Below, one piece after another: positions 41,530 to 52,506 of a DNA stretch of 64,000 bases. The stretch is taken from NCBI GenBank assembly GCA_963806535.1, contig CAWDYC010000009.1, positions 32,001 through 96,000 of the forward strand, read 5' to 3'. The stretch is from Candidatus Bathyarchaeota archaeon (GTDB taxonomy: Archaea; Thermoproteota; Bathyarchaeia; Bathyarchaeales; Bathycorpusculaceae). Numbering within the stretch: position 1 is the first letter of the stretch; the number at the start of each line of letters is the position of its first letter. The position numbers and the translations under genes were made by a program. The notes under the pieces are model-generated. The model was not told the DNA's origin, ran no database searches, and saw only the letters and a list, made by a program, of their open reading frames with translations.

Positions 41530-42553
41530 TTACATTCCATTTAAGGTGGAGTCTGAACGGCGCACAAAATAGCCTTTATATGTTTTTGTTGCTTGTCTTA
41601 TGGCAACTTGTTCTTCTATCCAACTATAAGTTTTTGCAAGTCCATCTTCAAGCGATACTTGTGGTTCCCATTTCAGCACTTTTTTGACAAGAGTTAAATC
41701 CGCGTTTCTTCCTCGAACTCCCTGCGGCGCTGAAAGATCATATGTCTTTGATATCTTCTTTCCAGAAATCTTTATTACCATATCTGCTAATGTCATTTAT
41801 GCTTACGAGCCTATCTGAACCTATGTTTATGGGTTTATCATAATCTGATTCCATCAGAGCATTGTTCCTTTAACAGCATCATCAACATAACAATACGATC
41901 GGGTTTGTTTTCCGTCGCCCCAAATATCGATTGTTCCAGGATTTGTGGCTTCAGCGACTTTTCGGCAGATGGCAGCAGGTGATTTTTCTCTTCCGCCTTT
42001 ATAGGTTCCTTCGGGACCGTAAATATTATGATAGCGAAGCACGCGTATGTTCATTTTGTAGTCACGTTGATAAGCTTCACATAATTTTTCTGTGTAAAGT
42101 TTTTCCCAGCCATAGAAGTTGTCTGGATCAGCTGGATAAGCATCTTCTTCTTTTAGTCCCGTCAATTTAGGGTCTTGTTTGGCGATAGGTTGGGTAAACA
42201 CATGCTGATGAAGTGTACAAGTATCGTTTTACTTTGTTTTTTCTGGCTGCTTCAAGCATGAATGTATTAATCAGAACGTTGTCATGCATAACTTCAGCGC
42301 CAATTTCTGTGATGAAGCCAATTCCACCCATGTTGGCTGCAAGATTGTAGACTTTGTCCATGCCTTCTGTGGCTTTGAGACAGTTTTCCCAAACTCTAAG
42401 GTCCAATGTCAGCTTCTCAGAGTAATACTTCTCTTTCAGATAGTCGTCGAATTTTATGTCAGCTATTCGTACAAAGTTTCCTTGTTTTTTTAGGGTTCTT
42501 GCTAAATGGCTTCCGACGAAGCCTCCGCCACCAGTGACTAATATTCGGTCCAT
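41530..42553 (-). CDS. GDP-mannose 3,5-epimerase-like NAD-dependent epimerase, two frameshifts
   Basis: TGGGGFVG, LAANMGGIGFI, YGWEKL, HNIYGPEGT..GGREKSPAAICRK, PQGVRGRN. Confidence 0.82.
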
Positions 42554-42660
42554 TTTTTCTACATCCAGCTTTACTTTTTATTCTTTGAACTGTCATTTAA
42601 CTGATATTTCTAAAATGCAAATATTCCAAAATAAAAATGCGATCTCCCTTAATCTCTGGC

Positions 42661-43270
42661 TTAGGATGCAAGTGAAATGCTTGTAAGGTTTAGCAATCAG
42701 GTGAACAGAACGGTTATTATATTCGAATTGAATTTGATTTGTTATTGTAAATCCACAATTCCATGAGAAGTTGATAAGGGTATATTGTCACCTTTGAATT
42801 CCAAAGGGAAGGTTTGTCAACATTAATGATATTTTCATTTATGGTCATCTTGTTAATTAGCGATTGATTCCCATTTATCGACGCCGCTGAAAATGAAAAG
42901 TTCAAGGGGATTTCGTGAGTTTGGTTATCTTGAACAATGAAGCTACACTCATATATTGGTTGAAGAGTACTCGGCATGCCAATTGTAACGTTTGGCAACG
43001 GGTCAGTTTGATTAAGAAGTTTCAAGTATAGCACGAAATATGCTGAGGAACCCAAATGGTTTCCAATGTCTACGTACACTGAATAATTTTGACCTGTAGC
43101 GATGTCAAAAGGATAGTTCTAGCAATGTGCTTTGGACCTAAAATATAAAGCTCTGAAAATAGCTCTTGGTTTGGAGCACGAATAAAGTTGCTAAGAGCTG
43201 GAGTTGTAATAAGCAAAATGCCAATTAAGCTTATAGAGACGAAAATAAGTTTAAAATCATGAATGTTCAT
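42661..43270 (-). CDS. DUF1616-like membrane-anchored protein, frameshifted; end uncertain
   Basis: TM helix then 'ELFSELYILGP', 'VDIGNHLG', 'ELWIYN'. Confidence 0.55.
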
Positions 43271-43775
43271 TAATTGGTTCCCTCTGGTTTTGCTTCATAC
43301 AAATATTTAATGTAGTTCCGTTTAACCCAGCGCCAAATTAGAAACAAAGCTAAAACAAAAACGAAAACACTAATTACGGTAAACGCTATTGTGGTAAAAA
43401 AAACTATTTTGATTTGAAATTAAAGTACTTTGTTTAATATTTTGAGCTGCAGTTTTAACTTGGTTTGTCATTCGGGATTACGCTATTTGCTTTGACCAGT
43501 GCTGTGTTGAAATCTCCGATTCGGTAAGAGTTTTCTGCTTGAGACAGAATAAATGAGGCATTATTTATCTGAGACAGCAAACCATTGACGTTTGCACCTG
43601 ATTTTTCAGCATCCAAAACAGCATTAAAAGCCTGATTGACTGAGTCTTTGGCCGCATTAAGTTGTGATTCAGCTTGATTTGTCTGTGCAATCGCGGTTTG
43701 AGCACCAAAAAAGAAGATACTTAACGTCAATAGACTATGCAAACTCATGCCTGAAAGCTTGCGGTGAGAGGTCAT
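43270..43775 (-). CDS. Hypothetical exported helical protein with C-terminal TM, frameshifted
   Basis: Signal-like N-terminus, 'AFNAVLDAEKSGANV'; downstream fragment ends IWRWVKRNY...KPEGTN. Confidence 0.55.
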
Positions 43776-43960
43776 TTGTTTTGCGCCGGATTCATGATAG
43801 ATGAAACCGTATGGTTACAATTCTTCACGTTTATGTTAAGTGTTCTGGCAGTGCCAAGTATGTCAAAAACTAATGGCTTAAGCATTTTAGCGCTTTCTGT
43901 TCATAATATAATATATATTGGTCAAATGACTTTTCTATTCATAACAGAAGGTTTTGTTCA

Positions 43961-44655
43961 TTAATAGGTTGTTTCCATCATTATGCGCTTGAAAATTTCG
44001 ACGCTGTGTCTGAGACCCAGTTTCTTTTCACCTAACCTAGGGCGATATGCATTGTCCACTTCTTTGATGTTGAAGCTCTCCGTTCCACATGGTGATTTAG
44101 TTCTACTTCAATATCAAAGCCTTTTGATCTAACTTGCCAATCTCTCAAAATCTTGAACGTAATACTCGTAAACCCGTTAGCGGATCCCTCAATGGGATTC
44201 CATTAGCATGTTATGTGTGAAAGCTATGAGTCGGTTGCCGAAATAGAAAACTTCATGCAACGATTTCACGTCTAAGTGGTGGTTAAATCGGTTGCCACAT
44301 ACCATACCAACATTGGGATTACGTTAAGATACGTATCATTCTAGGCAAGTATTCGGCTGGATATGTGTAATCTGCATATGTGATAATGACATACTCAGAG
44401 GCTAAATCGCAAGAACTTCAGAGCTTTTGCTATTGCATCGCCTTTGCCCAGTCCTTCTTGAAAAACAATGTCGGCTCCTATTTTCTTTGCTACTTCGACT
44501 GTTTTGTCAGTGCTTCTACCGTCAACCACGAGAACTCTTGGATTATCGAGAGTATCTTTTAATTCAGCGATCGTCAGGCCAATTCTTTCTTCTTCATTAA
44601 GCGCCGCAATTATAACTTGCGGTGAAGGGATACCCTGATCATCTCCTTTCTTCAA
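43961..44655 (-). CDS. GT2 (dolichol-phosphate mannose synthase-like), multiple frameshifts
   Basis: IIAALNEE, VVDGRSTDKT, GKGDAI; downstream fragments with DPLTGLR and GFDIEVE. Confidence 0.65.
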
Positions 44656-44789
44656 CCGTAAATAACATCCTTTTCTAGGGATTACATGTTACATGTGAAA
44701 TAATATAAGACTGTATGGAAAAAATCGAATAATGTCTATATAACCGTAAATTACTCATTTTTTCAAAATGGCTTGACAGATCTGAGTAA

Positions 44790-45047
44790 CTATGATTGTT
44801 CACAAGACTGACTTAATCGTTCTCGCTCATTATCAAGAGTTTCAAGCAATTTCTGAGCTCTTATGTAACGCTCCTCAAAAAGTCTATACTGCCTAAGGTA
44901 TTCTCTACCACACACGGTTAACCTATAAACAGAATCATCAACTGAACAAAACCAACATTAACACTAAGATTAAGGTACTTTTCTGAATTGGCAGCTTCCA
45001 GAATAGTCCGCAATAATACTTATTCGATCACGATTTTTACCTATCAA
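44790..45047 (-). pseudogene. Remnant of an archaeal winged-HTH regulator (recognition helix region apparently missing)
   Basis: KNRDRISIIA..ILEAANS joined directly to EKYL...YRLTVCGREYL, with frameshifts. Confidence 0.45.
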
Positions 45048-45529
45048 AAGCACCATCAACTAGAATAACATTGAATGTAGTCAGAGCATTTTTAGCCAAA
45101 TTATTCTTTGTTAACCCTAACAAATCCCTTCGTGATGGAAGCGGATATGAAAAGAGAGCTCTAACTTAACTTCAAATCCCTTGATATCCTCTCTCTCGAG
45201 ATGGCATCCATTTTGAAAATAACTCTCAACTTTTCTGCAATTTTATTTGCGATGAAATTTAAATGAAAACAAATGGAATAGCTCCAATCAGAAAGGCGTT
45301 CTTTCAATCCTTCATTTAATTGTAATATTGAAGCCATCCATTACCCTCGATTATGTCGAATGCCACAAAAAAAGCATTTAAGGGATATTTCGAAAAACGC
45401 AATATTTCTAGAAAAGCAACACGAGTGTTCTGTTCTGCTCCAAGCGTCAATTAGGAAATCGTAAATCGTAATTCGCTAAACAATTTATTATTGTTTTCTG
45501 CAATTCTCTTTACAGGAGGAGCTACTTCT

Positions 45530-46015
45530 TTGGACAGCGCACTTATTGTAAGGCAGATGGCACAAAATGACCTAAATCAATTAAAGGAAATTATAGACGC
45601 TTCTTTTCCTATATTTTATCGCTTTTTTGCAGCCCATAGCCTACAAGAAGAAGGGCAGGTAATTGTGGGTGAGACCGCGGGAAGGGTTGTTGGCTTCGCT
45701 AAACTCATTGACTTTTATGTTGGAGGCAAAAAGTATGGTTGTATATTGTGGATTGCTGTTCACCCCAGTTATAGGCGAAAAGGCATCGCCGCAACGATAA
45801 CAAGCAGTGGAGCACAGCGGCTTAAGCAAGATGGTTCAAACGCAGTTTTTGCTTCAACTCAAAGAAGAAATGGTGCTGCTTTGTCGGTGCTGAGCTTTCA
45901 GGGTTTTAGAAGAATGGGTTTTCTTGCTTTATGGCGGTTGTTCGGCTGGCGAGTTTTTGAGTTTTACAGGGATATTTGGCTGGCTCCTGGAGAAATCGTG
46001 CTAATGCATGATTAG
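45530..46015 (+). CDS. GNAT acetyltransferase
   Basis: IAVHPSYRRKGIA motif A; TTG start behind AGGAGG. Confidence 0.85.
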   Translation: MDSALIVRQMAQNDLNQLKEIIDASFPIFYRFFAAHSLQEEGQVIVGETAGRVVGFAKLIDFYVGGKKYGCILWIAVHPSYRRKGIAATITSSGAQRLKQDGSNAVFASTQRRNGAALSVLSFQGFRRMGFLALWRLFGWRVFEFYRDIWLAPGEIVLMHD

Positions 46016-46102
46016 CGTCACCATCATATTTGACTGAGGGACTTTTTGTGTTTAACAAGATTTATATCCATATAATTAGTTCAGAGAGGAAGGAGAAATT
46101 TT

Positions 46103-47116
46103 ATGCCACCAATGAAAGCAATTCAAGTTAAGGCGCCGGGTGCTGATTTGGAGTTGGTTGAAAAAGAAATTCCACAGCCAAAAGAGCATGAGGTTCTTCT
46201 TAAAGTCCATGCCTGCGGAATTTGTCATGGTGATGCAATTGTTAAGCAAGGATATTTCCCTGGGCTGCAATATCCTAGAACGCCTGGTCATGAGGTTGTA
46301 GGAACAATCGTCAAGATGGGTTCAGAGTCACATTATTGGAAGATAGGGCAGAGAGTTGGAGTTGGCTGGCGCGGAGGACACTGCTTAAAATGCAAGTCAT
46401 GTCTAAAAGGCGAGTTTTGGGCGTGCGAAAGCCCTTTGGCCACAGGCATTTCAAGCGATGGGGGATACGCCGAGTATATGGTTGCCCGAATGGAAGTCTT
46501 AACAGCAATCCCAGATGAACTCACTTCAGTAGAGGCTGCACCGCTTCTTTGCGCAGGCGCCACTACGCTTGGTGCATTGAAGAGTAGCACAGTTAAGGGC
46601 GGCGATTTAATTGCCATTCAAGGCTTTGGAGGATTAGGACACTTAGCACTGCAGTTCGCTGTTAAACTTGGGTTGAAAGTGGCGGTTATATCTCGCGGTA
46701 ACGAAAAAGAAGAGTTAGCCCGCAAACTTGGTGCACAAATCTATATAGACACAAACAAAGCTAATGCGGCGGAAGAATTAATGAAGCTGGGAGGAGCACA
46801 AGCTATTTTCTGCACCGCGCCGAACAGCAAAGCAATCTCCGGGCTTGTGGAAGGGCTTGCTCGTAACGGCCAATTGATAATTATCACTTTTGTTAATGAG
46901 CCTATGCAGATTTCGCCTGTTCAGTTGATGAGAGCGGTGCGGTCTGTGAGCGGTTGGGTAGGAGGAAACGCTGCTGACACCTTGAAGTTCAGTGTTCTTA
47001 CACAGGTTGTTCCTATGGTTGAGGTTTTTCCGCTTGAGCAAGCCGCTGTGGCTTTTGACCGTATGATGACGGCGAAAGCTCATTTCCGAGCAGTCTTGAA
47101 AATAAGTGAGGGCTAA
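46103..47116 (+). CDS. Zn-dependent alcohol dehydrogenase
   Basis: CGICHGD, GHE, CxxCxxC...C, GFGGLG. Confidence 0.92.
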   Translation: MPPMKAIQVKAPGADLELVEKEIPQPKEHEVLLKVHACGICHGDAIVKQGYFPGLQYPRTPGHEVVGTIVKMGSESHYWKIGQRVGVGWRGGHCLKCKSCLKGEFWACESPLATGISSDGGYAEYMVARMEVLTAIPDELTSVEAAPLLCAGATTLGALKSSTVKGGDLIAIQGFGGLGHLALQFAVKLGLKVAVISRGNEKEELARKLGAQIYIDTNKANAAEELMKLGGAQAIFCTAPNSKAISGLVEGLARNGQLIIITFVNEPMQISPVQLMRAVRSVSGWVGGNAADTLKFSVLTQVVPMVEVFPLEQAAVAFDRMMTAKAHFRAVLKISEG

Positions 47117-47119
47117 AAT

Positions 47120-47833
47120 ATGAGTGAAATCTTAAAAATTATTCAAGAAAGACAGTCCGCAAGAGTTCAATTCGATCCAAATAGACCCATCTCTAAAGAG
47201 AATTTAACGCAGATTCTAGAAGCGGCAAAGTGGGCACCAACCGCACACAACATGCAAAATTTTGAAATAATTGTTATTGATGACAAAGCTGTTTTGGAAA
47301 AAATAGGAAATATCAAATCTCGCATTTCTGAAGAGTTTTTACGTGAAAACTATGAACAATTATCTTTTTCAAAAGAGGAACTTCTAAGGAAGAAAACAGG
47401 TATTTTAGGTGCAATGTTTCCACCCGACTGGGTTGACCCCAAGAAAATGGCTGAAGCGGCTCAGAAAGCTGCTCCCATGCCATTGACCCAGTCAATCCGA
47501 GGAAGCCCAACTTTACTAATTATTGTTTATGATTCTAGGAAGCGGGCGCCTGCTTCGCATGGAGACGTTTTAGGCTTCATAAGTTTAGGGTGCTTGATGG
47601 AGAACATGTGGCTTATGGCACAGTCTTTGGGCATTAGTGTACATATTCTCAGCGCTTTCTCTGCATTACCCGTTGAATCTGAGATAAAGAAGCTTCTAGG
47701 TGTTCCTGAATACATGAAAATTGCGTTTACCTGCCGATTGGGATATCCAACTGGTGCAAGCAAATACCTCCGAGTGCGCCGCAACATCGAAGACTTTACA
47801 CACCACAACAAATTCGGAAATAAAGGAATTTAG
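47120..47833 (+). CDS. Nitroreductase family protein
   Basis: RQSAR, WAPTAHNMQ, ENMWLMAQSLG, LGYP. Confidence 0.88.
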   Translation: MSEILKIIQERQSARVQFDPNRPISKENLTQILEAAKWAPTAHNMQNFEIIVIDDKAVLEKIGNIKSRISEEFLRENYEQLSFSKEELLRKKTGILGAMFPPDWVDPKKMAEAAQKAAPMPLTQSIRGSPTLLIIVYDSRKRAPASHGDVLGFISLGCLMENMWLMAQSLGISVHILSAFSALPVESEIKKLLGVPEYMKIAFTCRLGYPTGASKYLRVRRNIEDFTHHNKFGNKGI

Positions 47834-47855
47834 TTTCTTCGCTCCTTCCAACAAT

Positions 47856-49217
47856 TTACATTTTTTGACGCATAACATTAGCGAGGGCTTTCACTTTGTC
47901 TTTCGCCATCCAGAGAAAACCTGACAAAACTATTGCCAACCCAAAATATTCAACATAAAGCAGACTGTTTGTCCCTACAATTTGTCCAGAATTCAAAAAG
48001 GAATAGCCTACCGAACCTTCCACCCTAAAAACCAAATAATTAAGTTGCCCATAGCCAATTGCTTTATAGAAATTTGTTAAAAATGCTACCGCTGCTAAAA
48101 GTGCTCCTGCGCAAGCGATTCCGAAAAATAACCAATTATTAAGCTTCCGCTTTAAAGTAGTAAACAGCGATTGACATTTAACTAAGAGAGCGCCCGCAAG
48201 TAAACAAAAGAATGGCAAAGATTGATAATCGTACTTTACGGCTCCTGTAAAGGGTGCTTTATAGTTTAAACCTAATGCAAAAAACGTATCAATTCCAAGT
48301 ATCACAAATATTGATGCTGTGCAGATCAAGTCGGAAGCAAAAAAATTTCTAAAAAGTTTTCTTTGGAACGCCGAAATTAGTAATGAGATAATGGCTGCGG
48401 CGAGGAGGTATATGCCTAAGTTGCCGAGAAGAAAGTTGAAGGTAAAAAGTGAAGAGGGCATTGCGCCGGCGGCGTTATAGAATTTGAAGTCGTCTTGCCA
48501 AAAAATCGTTAAAATGTTGATGCCAACTATGCCTTGATACCAAATCAACAGAAAAGCAATCAGAGGCACAAAAAAAGCCGCCGCAAATAATGGGTTCCTT
48601 AACTTTTTCTCTCTGTTTTTAAAATAGAAAATCGCTAAAGGAACAATCATAAAGATTCCGTAGAATTTTGTTAAGAAAGCTGCTCCCAAAAAGCCCCCTG
48701 ACAACATGAAGAGGGCAATTGAATCTTTGCGTACTGCGTAAATTCCGATAAGCAGAAAGAGCAGGCTGAAAAACAGGCATTGCACGTCAATTAGAAATGT
48801 TCTTGAAAAAACTATTTGCCAAGGAGTTAATGCAAAAAGCGCTGAAGCCACCAGCCCAGTTGTTTTGCCATACAAGGTTTTGCCAAGCAAGTAAACCAGC
48901 AATACCGAGCCTAGGCCAAAACATGTTACGATGGCTACTCCTGTGTTGAAGGATAGACCGAAAATTTGGAAGATTGGTGAATCGAGGTAGAAGCCCAGAG
49001 GCGGTTGATTAATCATGGTGCCTGCACCGTTTGTGTATGGTAAACCCCACAAAAGCACGCCGGATGCTGCTGAGAATTCGTAGCTTGTGTCCCAATTGTT
49101 AAAGGGTCCAATTGTGAAGGTGATTAGGGCTGACCCAACAAGTATGGTTAGCAACGAGTAATGTTGACTGAGCAGCATCTTTAAGCGATCCAGCAAAGCG
49201 TTAACAAGATCACCCAC
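47856..49217 (-). CDS. GT39/ArnT-PMT-like membrane glycosyltransferase
   Basis: QPPLGFY, 'SRTFLID', 'AFLTKF', many TM helices. Confidence 0.78.
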   Translation of the reverse strand: MGDLVNALLDRLKMLLSQHYSLLTILVGSALITFTIGPFNNWDTSYEFSAASGVLLWGLPYTNGAGTMINQPPLGFYLDSPIFQIFGLSFNTGVAIVTCFGLGSVLLVYLLGKTLYGKTTGLVASALFALTPWQIVFSRTFLIDVQCLFFSLLFLLIGIYAVRKDSIALFMLSGGFLGAAFLTKFYGIFMIVPLAIFYFKNREKKLRNPLFAAAFFVPLIAFLLIWYQGIVGINILTIFWQDDFKFYNAAGAMPSSLFTFNFLLGNLGIYLLAAAIISLLISAFQRKLFRNFFASDLICTASIFVILGIDTFFALGLNYKAPFTGAVKYDYQSLPFFCLLAGALLVKCQSLFTTLKRKLNNWLFFGIACAGALLAAVAFLTNFYKAIGYGQLNYLVFRVEGSVGYSFLNSGQIVGTNSLLYVEYFGLAIVLSGFLWMAKDKVKALANVMRQKM

Positions 49218-49415
49218 TTGAAATCAATGTTTAATCATAAGCGATTCAGCAGACATATAGTTTTTACTCAAAGAGGTGACAGGGTTCCAAGAATTCCAAA
49301 AGTTGAGTGAGTAGCTTGCAGATAAATCATTCCAATAAATCATGATGAAGTTCCGTGGTTCTATTAATAAGAAGAGAAACGCAAAGATGCACGCAACTTC
49401 TACTAAATTTTTTAA

Positions 49416-50168
49416 TTAAACCCGATCTTGCGCTAAACACTCAGAATTATTTTTTGAGTGCCACAATTTTTTGCTTAAGCTAAACTTTTTTTTGTACAGA
49501 AATATTGCCATAAAAATAGTTGTTCCTGAAATAATCAAAAAAGGACCAAAACACAGATACAAGCTATCACTTTGTGGAACATTTTGAGTCTGATAAATGT
49601 GGGAAACTACTGTTTCGGTGAAGGAAACAACTAATACGGACTGCGTTCTATTCGCACCGATGCCTTGAGTAATTATAGATAAATAGTCACCTTCTTCTGT
49701 CACATTGTAGGATACACCGCCCAATTTTGCTCCAAAATTTCCTGCTTCAAAAGCAAAACCATTCTCATTTGCCCAAGCCACCGCCGGATTCACAGTAATA
49801 TTATTTTTATGCCCTGAAACGACCTGAGGAAAAATTGATTGAAAATAATTGAATTGTGATTGTGAAAATATGTACCCTAAAATTTCCTCGTCAGCGTACC
49901 AATCGACATTAAGAGTTTGACCGGGTGTCAAGTGTACTGGAGAAAAATATTCGTAGCCAGCAGTCGTCAAATTTAGAGGAGGCACTATCACTGAAGTATC
50001 ATGTAAATCAGTTGTTACTGGTTGAAAATGCTCAACTAGGACTTGTTTTGGAACTGAAACAGAATGCGGAGAAATAAAGTTGGCAGCAACAAGGATAAAG
50101 CCTGTTAATAACAAAGTTATGGCAATAATTCTTAATTTACCGCTTTTCATAAATGTGGTCTTCTTCAC
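49416..50168 (-). CDS. Hypothetical membrane protein (N- and C-terminal TM, extracellular domain)
   Basis: Hydrophobic termini in a 250-aa ORF. Confidence 0.6.
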   Translation of the reverse strand: MKKTTFMKSGKLRIIAITLLLTGFILVAANFISPHSVSVPKQVLVEHFQPVTTDLHDTSVIVPPLNLTTAGYEYFSPVHLTPGQTLNVDWYADEEILGYIFSQSQFNYFQSIFPQVVSGHKNNITVNPAVAWANENGFAFEAGNFGAKLGGVSYNVTEEGDYLSIITQGIGANRTQSVLVVSFTETVVSHIYQTQNVPQSDSLYLCFGPFLIISGTTIFMAIFLYKKKFSLSKKLWHSKNNSECLAQDRV

Positions 50169-50430
50169 AGCTGGTGTTATGCCAATTGTAACTCATAGGT
50201 GATTAAAGGCTTCTCGTAAAATTATCTTGACTGAAATAAGTCAAAGTTTCTTGACTGAACTAGAAAGTACCTCGTTAATCGTATCCTTTTGCCAAAAAAC
50301 TTTGGCCTCTACGTTTCCTAGATTTCTACCTATCATTTCCTGAAAAAGAAGTGCGCAGCCTTACCAGTACATACTATATCTTTGATAGAATTAAATCTGC
50401 AAAAAAAGAAGAACCTATTTGTGAATAAGT

Positions 50431-50441
50431 TGGTCGGGAGA
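50431..50441 (-). repeat. Short copy of the tRNA-Tyr 3' end (outer att remnant)
   Basis: tggtcgggaga is identical to 59761-59771 (TCTCCCGACCA). Confidence 0.55.
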
Positions 50442-50663
50442 AATAGACATTAAGGGTCGTTTTGAGGGTCGGACACAATTGACGTTTTCTTGTCTATTTT
50501 TCGGCAATGATATCGTGAAAACACAGTAATAGAAAAGCTTACTCTAAAAAGAAGGAAACTGAAAAAATGCCTGAAGCTAAAATGCACTACACATTATTTT
50601 ACCTTGAAACATACACAAAATTCAAATTCTTGTGCACCAGCACGGACTTAAGGGTTAAGTTGA

Positions 50664-51839
50664 ATGAGAAGAGCAACGCTCACTCGAAACTTGAACGAAC
50701 TAATAAGAAGAGTGCGAAACACATTTTTACCGATAAATATTCTAAAAGTCTTTGTACATGGTAGCTATTTCAGAGTCGATGAGGCGCCTGGAGATTTGGA
50801 CATCTTCATTATTGCCGATGTTAATGATCACTGGGGTGAATGGTATAATGCCTTTCATAGTCTAAGCGACCACCATGACGCCTTGTGGGCATGTTATGAG
50901 AAAGAGATGAGCGTTTCAGAGGCGATAATTAGCATTCTGCCGATAATCAATAAGTGGAACATTCCCAATGAATGGCTTACCTGCATTTCTTGGACAGATA
51001 TTTTTTGGTCTTTCCTGCCTTATACGTTGGATTGGAATAAGATAACAAGAAAGCTATTAACAAGAGGAATGAAGGGAGTTCACATCGAAATATTGACAAC
51101 AGATATTTTTAAGCAAATTTTTGGTAGGCTATATTCTTATCAAGATATGCCTGCGTTCTTAGTATGGTCAGTAGACGAATCAGAGAAAAGTAATTTGATA
51201 CCAAATAGTGATGAGTTTCAAAAATACCTCCAGTTTGAAAATAAGCAATTATTAAATGACCTGAACGATGCTCAGCTAAGATGCAGATTTGGTAAAGATA
51301 TTATTGAAAAATTGCTAATTCTTTGTCCGAGGGACAAAATGGGAATTATTGCACTTCGTGTGCTCAACAAAACAGCTAAGTACGAGGTTTCAGAAGAGCG
51401 ATTGCGTGAAGAGTTACGAAGATTTGGCTTGCCTGAAAACTTGGTTTATGCCCTCAAAAATAGGGGTAGTAAAACGTGGTATCATATTGCAGAAAGTATG
51501 GATGAACAAAAGGAGTTAGAGCAACGGGTTAAGCGTTACTCGATAATAAATGGCGCTGAGAAAACGATTGTAAGTATACTTAGAGAATGCATAACAGAAG
51601 ATGAAGGTTCTAGAATTGATTGCAGTATAATAAGTTTAGAAAAAGGGCTTGTCCGGGTCTATGTTAGAAAGCCGGGCAAGATAACTGAAGAAGAATTTAA
51701 AAAATTATGGGAGCGCAGAGAGTTTAAAGTTGAAAAAGAGTATGGGCCTATGTATGCTGAAAAGCAATTTCTTTTGCTTCCAAGCACAAGTCGCAAAGAG
51801 ATGCGAGAAATAATAGTTAAAGAGTTGAGTATAAATTAA
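50664..51839 (+). CDS. Pol-beta-superfamily nucleotidyltransferase-like protein with unknown C-terminal region
   Basis: 'VFVHGSYFRVDEAPGDLDIFII' matches hGS...DxD. Confidence 0.65.
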   Translation: MRRATLTRNLNELIRRVRNTFLPINILKVFVHGSYFRVDEAPGDLDIFIIADVNDHWGEWYNAFHSLSDHHDALWACYEKEMSVSEAIISILPIINKWNIPNEWLTCISWTDIFWSFLPYTLDWNKITRKLLTRGMKGVHIEILTTDIFKQIFGRLYSYQDMPAFLVWSVDESEKSNLIPNSDEFQKYLQFENKQLLNDLNDAQLRCRFGKDIIEKLLILCPRDKMGIIALRVLNKTAKYEVSEERLREELRRFGLPENLVYALKNRGSKTWYHIAESMDEQKELEQRVKRYSIINGAEKTIVSILRECITEDEGSRIDCSIISLEKGLVRVYVRKPGKITEEEFKKLWERREFKVEKEYGPMYAEKQFLLLPSTSRKEMREIIVKELSIN

Positions 51840-52109
51840 ATGAAAGAATTACCTACAGCGAATAAAGAAATTCAATGCCAAGTTAAATCACTTAAAACTG
51901 AATTCGCAGCTATGAACAGTGTTTATTGTGAAATGCTCGAGTTTATCACAGATGAGCAGAAGAGTTCAATTTTAAACGATATTAAAAACGTCTTAACTCA
52001 AGATATCGGTGAAACTAAGGTCCGAGAGTACTTGTTAAGAAACGCTGACCGAATGTCTACTACAAGATTAGAATGGGATATCTTGCAGGTTTTAAAGGAA
52101 AAAAAGTAA
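51840..52109 (+). CDS. Small helical hypothetical protein
   Basis: ATG immediately after the upstream TAA (TAAATG). Confidence 0.6.
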   Translation: MKELPTANKEIQCQVKSLKTEFAAMNSVYCEMLEFITDEQKSSILNDIKNVLTQDIGETKVREYLLRNADRMSTTRLEWDILQVLKEKK

Positions 52110-52115
52110 CTACGT

Positions 52116-52436
52116 TTGGCGAGTGACTTGGGCGCTAACAATATTGTTCTTTGTCCTTTCTGGAACGAATCCCGGTCTAAGTATATGCCTGTTGTTAAAG
52201 TGTCTGATAACTTGGATAATAGCTTGACAGCTTGTCTTGTTGCTGGTTTCTATTTTGATGAAGAACCAAATGTTGACGAATGGCTTAACGGCTGTGCTAA
52301 TGAGGCGCCTGTAAGATGCCCTCATTGTGTGATAAGTGATGTCATTCACTCTAAGGCTAAGACTGGTTGCTTTTTTGCTGACGACAAATGTCTTCATTCA
52401 AACGTTAAAGGTTTTGATTCTTGCTTTTCGCGTTGA
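52116..52436 (+). CDS. Small Cys-rich hypothetical protein
   Basis: Starts 6 nt after the previous stop; CPFW, CPHC and further Cys; TTG start. Confidence 0.45.
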   Translation: MASDLGANNIVLCPFWNESRSKYMPVVKVSDNLDNSLTACLVAGFYFDEEPNVDEWLNGCANEAPVRCPHCVISDVIHSKAKTGCFFADDKCLHSNVKGFDSCFSR

Positions 52437-52506
52437 GATGGCAAAATACTAAGCTGTAATTAGACCAATTCTAATCTGCACAAATAGAAAAGCTGTCAAT
52501 GGCTAA

